The notes under the pieces were generated by a model. It saw only the letters and a program-made list of their open reading frames with translations. It did no database searches and had not been told where the DNA came from. Shown here piece by piece: positions 59,122-64,000 of a stretch of 64,000 nt of DNA; position 1 is the stretch's first letter, and each line of letters opens with the position of its first letter. The stretch is from the sequence record SRR2962707_1122; one strand, 5' to 3'. The translations under genes were made by a program, and so were the position numbers.

Positions 59122-59162
59122 TTTGTACGGCATGCGATCACCTTTGTTCGCAATGTGAACAA
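59122..59162. promoter_or_regulatory. Putative tandem PcaR-type operator
   Basis: TTTGTACGGCATGCGATC followed by the near-palindrome TTTGTTCGCAATGTGAACAA, resembling PcaR/PcaU boxes. Confidence 0.6.
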
Positions 59163-59241
59163 GGGACACTATGTGAACTTTTCCTCTCGGGGGATTGCAG
59201 TTTCCACTGTAAGCCGATCCGCAAAGAAAGAGGAGACAGCG

Positions 59242-59964
59242 ATGGACAAAACCCTCAACACCTTGGCTGAGGCCGTGGCCGACATCAAAGATGGCTCTGT
59301 TTTGATGGTGGGTGGTTTTGGCGGCTCTGGCGCGCCAATAGAGCTGATCCATGCGCTGATCGACAGGTATAAAGCAACGGGCAGTCCAGCCAATTTGACG
59401 GTGATCAACAACAATGCCGGAAACGGTAAGATCGGCATTGCTGCCATGATCCTTGTCGGCATGGTTAAAAAAATGGTTTGCTCCTTTCCAAGATCCTCCG
59501 ATCCGCGTGCTTTCACACAAAAGTATCTCGCTGGGGAGATTGAGCTGGATCTGGTCCCTCAGGGCACCTTGGCAGAGCGTATTCGTGCGGCGGGGGCGGG
59601 CATTCCGGCTTTCTTTACGCCGACCAGCTATGGCACTGACCTTGCCGAAGGTAAGCAGCAACAGGACTTTGATGGTAAGACCTATGTCATGGAGCGGTGG
59701 CTCAAGGCTGATTTCGCCATCGTCAAGGGCGAGCTGGGGGATAGCCACGGCAACCTGACTTATCGTTTGGCAGGACGAAACTTCAATCCGTTGATGTGCA
59801 TGGCCGCAGAAAAGACAATTGCCCAAGTAAGCCGCGTGGTGACGCCTGGTGAGATCGATCCAGAGCAGGTGATCACTCCGGGATTGTTTGTGGACGCTGT
59901 TGTCGAAGTGTCAGAACCACAACAAGAAGAGGCGCTAAACCGCGCCAGGATGGACTACACATGA
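59242..59964 (+). CDS. pcaI: 3-oxoadipate CoA-transferase subunit A
   Basis: VGGFGGSG, INNNAG, CSFPRS, PQGTLAERIRA, RNFNP; GAGGAG RBS. Confidence 0.88.
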   Translation: MDKTLNTLAEAVADIKDGSVLMVGGFGGSGAPIELIHALIDRYKATGSPANLTVINNNAGNGKIGIAAMILVGMVKKMVCSFPRSSDPRAFTQKYLAGEIELDLVPQGTLAERIRAAGAGIPAFFTPTSYGTDLAEGKQQQDFDGKTYVMERWLKADFAIVKGELGDSHGNLTYRLAGRNFNPLMCMAAEKTIAQVSRVVTPGEIDPEQVITPGLFVDAVVEVSEPQQEEALNRARMDYT

Positions 59965-60638
59965 GCTGGACAAAACTAAGCAACGCTCAGATCGCGTGGC
60001 GCGCAGCGCAGGATCTTGAGGATGGCGCCTATGTTAACCTTGGTATCGGGTTCCCGGAAATGATTGCCAAGTTTCAGCCCAAAGGGCGTCATATCACCTA
60101 TCACACCGAAAATGGTCTTTTGGGCTTTGGCAAAGCCCCTGAAGAAGGGGAAGAAGACTGGGATTTGATCAATGCCGGTAAAAAGGCGGTAACGCTTAAA
60201 CCCGGCGCTTCGATCTTTCACCATGCCGACAGCTTTGCAATGGTGCGTGGCGGACATCTCGATCTTGCGGTCCTTGGCGCCTACCAAGTGGCCGAAAATG
60301 GCGATCTGGCCAACTGGAGCGTGGGTAAGAAAGGCGTGCCTGCTGTAGGCGGTGCCATGGACCTTGTACACGGGGCAATGCGCGTTGCCGTGATCACCGA
60401 TCACGTGACCAAAAATGGAAAGCCAAAACTTGTGGAGCGCTGCACCATGCCTCTTACCGGGGTTGGTTGCATTACACGCGTCTATACCTCAATGGCCTTG
60501 ATCGATATCGAAGACGGACGATTTATCCTACGTGAGAAACTGGCAAGTTTGTCGTTAGATGAATTACAGTCCATGACAGGCGCGCGCTTGCACGTGACGG
60601 GCGAAATTGCCGACTTAAAAGTACCGGAGTTGACTTAA
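59961..60638 (+). CDS. pcaJ: 3-oxoadipate CoA-transferase subunit B
   Basis: VNLGIG, TENG (catalytic Glu), NAGK, RGGHLD, GGAMDL. Confidence 0.88.
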   Translation: MSWTKLSNAQIAWRAAQDLEDGAYVNLGIGFPEMIAKFQPKGRHITYHTENGLLGFGKAPEEGEEDWDLINAGKKAVTLKPGASIFHHADSFAMVRGGHLDLAVLGAYQVAENGDLANWSVGKKGVPAVGGAMDLVHGAMRVAVITDHVTKNGKPKLVERCTMPLTGVGCITRVYTSMALIDIEDGRFILREKLASLSLDELQSMTGARLHVTGEIADLKVPELT

Positions 60639-61837
60639 TGACTGACGTATATATTTGCGACTATATCCGAACCCCGATTGGACGCTTTGGAGGCGGGCTT
60701 GCCGCTGTTCGCGCCGATGATCTGGGTGCTGTACCGCTGCGGGCATTGGCTGAGCGCAATCCCGATTTGGACCTGACTGCCATTGATGAAGTGATCTTTG
60801 GATGTGCCAACCAAGCAGGCGAAGACAATCGCAACGTTGCACGCATGTCCCTGCTGTTGGCGGGCTATCCGGACAGTATTCCGGCAACCACCATGAACCG
60901 TCTATGTGGGTCAGGTATGGATGCAGTCATCACCGCCGCGCGTGCGATTAAAGCGGGTGAAGCCGATTTGATGGTTGCCGGTGGTGTCGAAAGCATGAGC
61001 CGCGCTCCGTTTGTCATGCCAAAGGCAACAGCTGCTTTCTCCCGTGCGAACGAAGTCCATGACACGACCATAGGCTGGCGGTTCGTGAACCCGGTGATGG
61101 AAGCGCAATATGGTGTCGATTCAATGCCTGAAACGGCGGAAAACGTTGCCGAAGACTTTAACATCAGCCGAGCGGATCAGGACGCTTTTGCGTTGCGGAG
61201 CCAAGGGAAAGCTGGCGCCGCTATAGCAAACGGACGGTTGGCGCGTGAAATCACACCTGTGACCATTCCTCAGCGTCGGGGTGATCCAAAAGTCATTGAC
61301 ACGGACGAACACGCGCGTCCCCAAACCACAGCCGAAGACCTAGCCCGGCTTAAGACGTTTGTGAAAGCTGACGGCTCCGTTACGGCTGGGAATGCCTCTG
61401 GTGTCAACGACGGCGCGGCGGCCTTGATTTTGGCCTCGGCCGACGCCGTCAAAGCTCATGGCTTGACGCCAATCGCTCGGGTCTTGGGCGGCGCGACTGC
61501 CGGGGTTCCACCACGCATCATGGGGTTCGGCCCGGCACCTGCGTCTAAGAAACTTATGGCGCGTTTGGGGCTGAGCGTAGAGGATTTTGCAGTTATCGAA
61601 CTGAATGAAGCTTTCGCGTCACAAGGGCTGGCGACATTGCGGGATCTTGGCATTGCAGACGACGATCCTCGGGTGAACCCGAACGGCGGCGCAATTGCGT
61701 TGGGGCATCCTTTGGGCATGTCTGGGGCTCGGATTACCGGTTCAGCAGCGCTGGATCTGAAGCCGGGTGAAAAAGCCTTGGCAACAATGTGCATTGGTGT
61801 TGGCCAAGGCATCGCCATCGCGCTTGAAGCTGTCTGA
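60638..61837 (+). CDS. pcaF: 3-oxoadipyl-CoA thiolase
   Basis: ANQAGEDNRNVARM, NRLCGSG, DTTIGWRF, NEAFA, GHPLG, MCIGVGQG. Confidence 0.9.
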   Translation: MTDVYICDYIRTPIGRFGGGLAAVRADDLGAVPLRALAERNPDLDLTAIDEVIFGCANQAGEDNRNVARMSLLLAGYPDSIPATTMNRLCGSGMDAVITAARAIKAGEADLMVAGGVESMSRAPFVMPKATAAFSRANEVHDTTIGWRFVNPVMEAQYGVDSMPETAENVAEDFNISRADQDAFALRSQGKAGAAIANGRLAREITPVTIPQRRGDPKVIDTDEHARPQTTAEDLARLKTFVKADGSVTAGNASGVNDGAAALILASADAVKAHGLTPIARVLGGATAGVPPRIMGFGPAPASKKLMARLGLSVEDFAVIELNEAFASQGLATLRDLGIADDDPRVNPNGGAIALGHPLGMSGARITGSAALDLKPGEKALATMCIGVGQGIAIALEAV

Positions 61838-61852
61838 TCGACCGCTACTTTG

Positions 61853-61877
61853 GTGGCGGGGATTTTGTTCCCGCCAC
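61853..61877. terminator. Hairpin between convergent pcaF and LacI genes
   Basis: GTGGCGGG...CCCGCCAC inverted repeat. Confidence 0.55.
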
Positions 61878-61951
61878 TCATGCATGGGACCGTATGGACA
61901 AGGTGAATGCCAAGTCTGTGCCGTGCCCCCTGATTTGGTCTTGAAAGAGAT

Positions 61952-62983
61952 CTATTGGCTGGGGGGAGGCGCTGTGCTGTCTCTGACAACCAGTTCAACG
62001 TCAATCAATTGAATTTCATCCTGCTGTAGCGCCTTTTCAGAGCCAAGGCGCGCTAATAACTGCTCTGCAGCCCGGCGGCCAAGGCCAAGTCGATCCTGCC
62101 GGATCGTTGTGAGCGCTGGGATGTAGCACTCGGTCAGTTCAATATCATCAAAGCCGACAACAGAAATGTCCTCTGGTACACGTATTCCGTTGGCATTCAG
62201 GACCGAAATTAGGCCAAAGGCCACCTGATCCGAGGCGCAGAAGACCGCGGTAGGGCGGTCCTTCATCGCCAGAATTTTCAGAGCGGCCTCTTTACCGGAT
62301 TGCAGTGAAAAGTCCCCGCGGATGATCCAGTCTTCGTTCATCGTCAGCCCCAACCGCGCACGTTCTTCTAACATACCTGTGCGACGGGCATGGGTCAGAA
62401 CGTTATCGGCAGGGCCTGTGACATGGGCGATCTTGTGGTGACCGAGGTTATGCAAATGTTGTACGACCAGCCGCGCCCCTTTGATATTGTCGCTACGGAC
62501 AGAGGGGAAATCAGCATCATGTACCCATTCGCAGGCAAACACGATGTGATTGGAAACGTTGTCTTGTCCAAGATCTGAGAGTTCCGCGACAGACAGCCCT
62601 CCGTCGAGTGAAATCATGCCGTCTACACGAGAGTCGAGGAAGTAGTCGACAAGGCGTTTTTCGGTGCTTGGTTGGCGCGCGGTATCCACTATGAGGACGG
62701 AATAATCCGTGTCCGCGAAACGCTCCGAAAGGCCCGCCAGAATTTGCGAGAAAAACGGGTTTCCCAAATTGGGGACAAGGACCAGAACCGCACCTGCCCG
62801 CTGTGTTCTCAGGTTTCGTGCGGCACGATTCGCACGGTATCCAGTGGTGCGAATTGCCTCAAATACGGCGTCACGTGTCTTCTCGGTCAGCAAATTTGGA
62901 TTGCTCAGAGCCCGGCTCACTGTTGCGGTAGATACACCTGCCTCGCGGGCAACGTCCTGAATTCTGGCAGGTTTCTTTGACAT
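61952..62983 (-). CDS. LacI family regulator
   Basis: IQDVAREAGVSTATVSRAL, NPFFS, SVVGFDD, LTTIRQ. Confidence 0.93.
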   Translation of the reverse strand: MSKKPARIQDVAREAGVSTATVSRALSNPNLLTEKTRDAVFEAIRTTGYRANRAARNLRTQRAGAVLVLVPNLGNPFFSQILAGLSERFADTDYSVLIVDTARQPSTEKRLVDYFLDSRVDGMISLDGGLSVAELSDLGQDNVSNHIVFACEWVHDADFPSVRSDNIKGARLVVQHLHNLGHHKIAHVTGPADNVLTHARRTGMLEERARLGLTMNEDWIIRGDFSLQSGKEAALKILAMKDRPTAVFCASDQVAFGLISVLNANGIRVPEDISVVGFDDIELTECYIPALTTIRQDRLGLGRRAAEQLLARLGSEKALQQDEIQLIDVELVVRDSTAPPPSQ

Positions 62984-63060
62984 AGTGGTCTCGTTTGTCG
63001 AGGGTTTCTGAGCTGATTACATAGCGGGTTGACAGAAATGTACTATCGGTAAATAAATTA

Positions 63061-63115
63061 TGTAATCGTTTTCAAAGAGAATGTTTGACCAAAACCGACG
63101 ATGTAAACGATTTCA
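63061..63115. promoter_or_regulatory. Two LacI-type operators
   Basis: TGTAATCGTTTTCA (63061-63074) and TGTAAACGATTTCA (63102-63115) fit TGWAANCGNTTWCA. Confidence 0.65.
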
Positions 63116-63181
63116 TAGCGGTGTACCGCGAACAGGATGTAAGTGCCGCGTGACGGCATGTTGTCCTTCAGGGAGGAAGAA

Positions 63182-64000
63182 ATGAACACATTCCGAAAGA
63201 TATTTATGGTCTCGACGGCGCTTTGCGCAGCGACGGCTGTTTCGGCAACAGAGTTGGAAGTTACGCATTGGTGGACTTCGGGCGGAGAAGCTGCGGCCGT
63301 AGCTGAATTGGCAAAGGCATTTGATGCCACAGGCAACACATGGGTCGACGGCGCGATTGCCGGATCTGGTGGCGTTGCTCGTCCGATCATGATCAGCCGG
63401 ATCACCGGCGGTGATCCAATGGCGGCAACACAATTCAACCACGGTCGTCAGGCCGAAGAACTGGTCGAAGCCGGACTAATGCGCGATCTGACTGACATCG
63501 CAGAAGCAGAAGGTTGGAAAGACATCATTAACCCGCCTTCGCTTTTGGATTCCTGCACGTTGGATGGCCGCGTCTATTGCGCGCCGGTCAACATTCACTC
63601 GTGGCAGTGGATTTGGCTGAGCCACAAAGCTTATGCGGATGCGGGCGTCCCGGTTCCCACAAATTGGGATGAGTTTGTTGCGGCAGCCCCCGCTTTGGAA
63701 GCGGCAGGTAAAATCCCGATGGCGATTGGCCAGCAGTCTTGGCAGACGTCCGGTGCGTTCAACGTTCTGATGGTCGCTCTTGCCGGCAAAGAAACCTATC
63801 TGAAGGTCTATGGCGATAAAGACGCTGATGTCGCTGGGGGTCCAGACGTAGCGCGGGTCTTTAAGGCCGCGGATGATGCACGGCGCATGTCAGCAAAGTC
63901 GACGGTTCAGGATTGGAACCAGGCGACAAACCTCGTGATCACAGGTCAGGCCGGTGGTCAGATCATGGGCGATTGGGCTCAGGGCGAATTCCAGGTGGCC
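63182..64000 (+). CDS. Sugar ABC transporter substrate-binding protein (glucose/mannose GtsA-like), truncated by the window end
   Basis: GGAGG RBS; reads MNTFRKIFMVSTALCAATAVSATELEVTHWWTSGGEAAAV...PVNIHS...QIMGDWAQGEF; absent from the ORF track because there is no stop in the window. Confidence 0.88.
   Translation, partial: MNTFRKIFMVSTALCAATAVSATELEVTHWWTSGGEAAAVAELAKAFDATGNTWVDGAIAGSGGVARPIMISRITGGDPMAATQFNHGRQAEELVEAGLMRDLTDIAEAEGWKDIINPPSLLDSCTLDGRVYCAPVNIHSWQWIWLSHKAYADAGVPVPTNWDEFVAAAPALEAAGKIPMAIGQQSWQTSGAFNVLMVALAGKETYLKVYGDKDADVAGGPDVARVFKAADDARRMSAKSTVQDWNQATNLVITGQAGGQIMGDWAQGEFQVA

Noticed and set aside
1-64000. CRISPR arrays, tRNA/rRNA genes, defence systems and the many short antisense ORFs in the track
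   Set aside because: No regularly spaced repeats or RNA gene signatures were seen by eye; the antisense ORFs are shadows of well-supported genes.

Overview
Bacterial DNA of moderate GC (roughly mid-50s % by eye). Gene content (TRAP transporters, GcvA-type LysRs, pcaRIJF, IS types) suggests an alphaproteobacterium, probably Rhodobacteraceae/Roseobacter group (inference). The window is a patchwork of catabolic modules. (1) 1-2.5 kb: phage/mobile-like debris, with an HGGxSTG protein and a SAP + Cys/His zinc-motif gene split by two homopolymer frameshifts. (2) 2.6-16.1 kb: a ThDP enzyme, a D-amino-acid dehydrogenase-like gene, three regulators, and a five-gene lysine to 2-oxoglutarate operon (LysDH-like, aminotransferase, ALDH7/AmaB, HglS, YdiJ). 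(3) 16.1-20.4 kb: racemase + TRAP + Usp. (4) 21-28.6 kb: LacI + peptide-type ABC + esterase. (5) 29.1-29.5 kb: a fused IS5/IS3 scar. (6) 29.6-37 kb: TRAP + CMD/AhpD pair + LysR + HpyO-like flavoprotein + atypical M19 peptidase. (7) 37.7-56.2 kb: a nicotinate-type reductive pyridine catabolism cluster (Mo-hydroxylase, 6-hydroxynicotinate reductase, UPF0280, two DUF1185, Liv-type ABC, NicR-like MarR with three palindromic operators). It lacks enamidase but carries a VanA-like Rieske oxygenase, an Fpr and an ATP-dependent lactamase pair; this is the best candidate for an undescribed pathway, possibly for an N-methylated pyridine such as trigonelline. (8) MFS, cupin, pcaR-pcaIJF, LacI and the start of a sugar ABC binding protein. 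No rRNA, tRNA or CRISPR array was recognised. All family calls come from motif recognition by eye; no searches were run.
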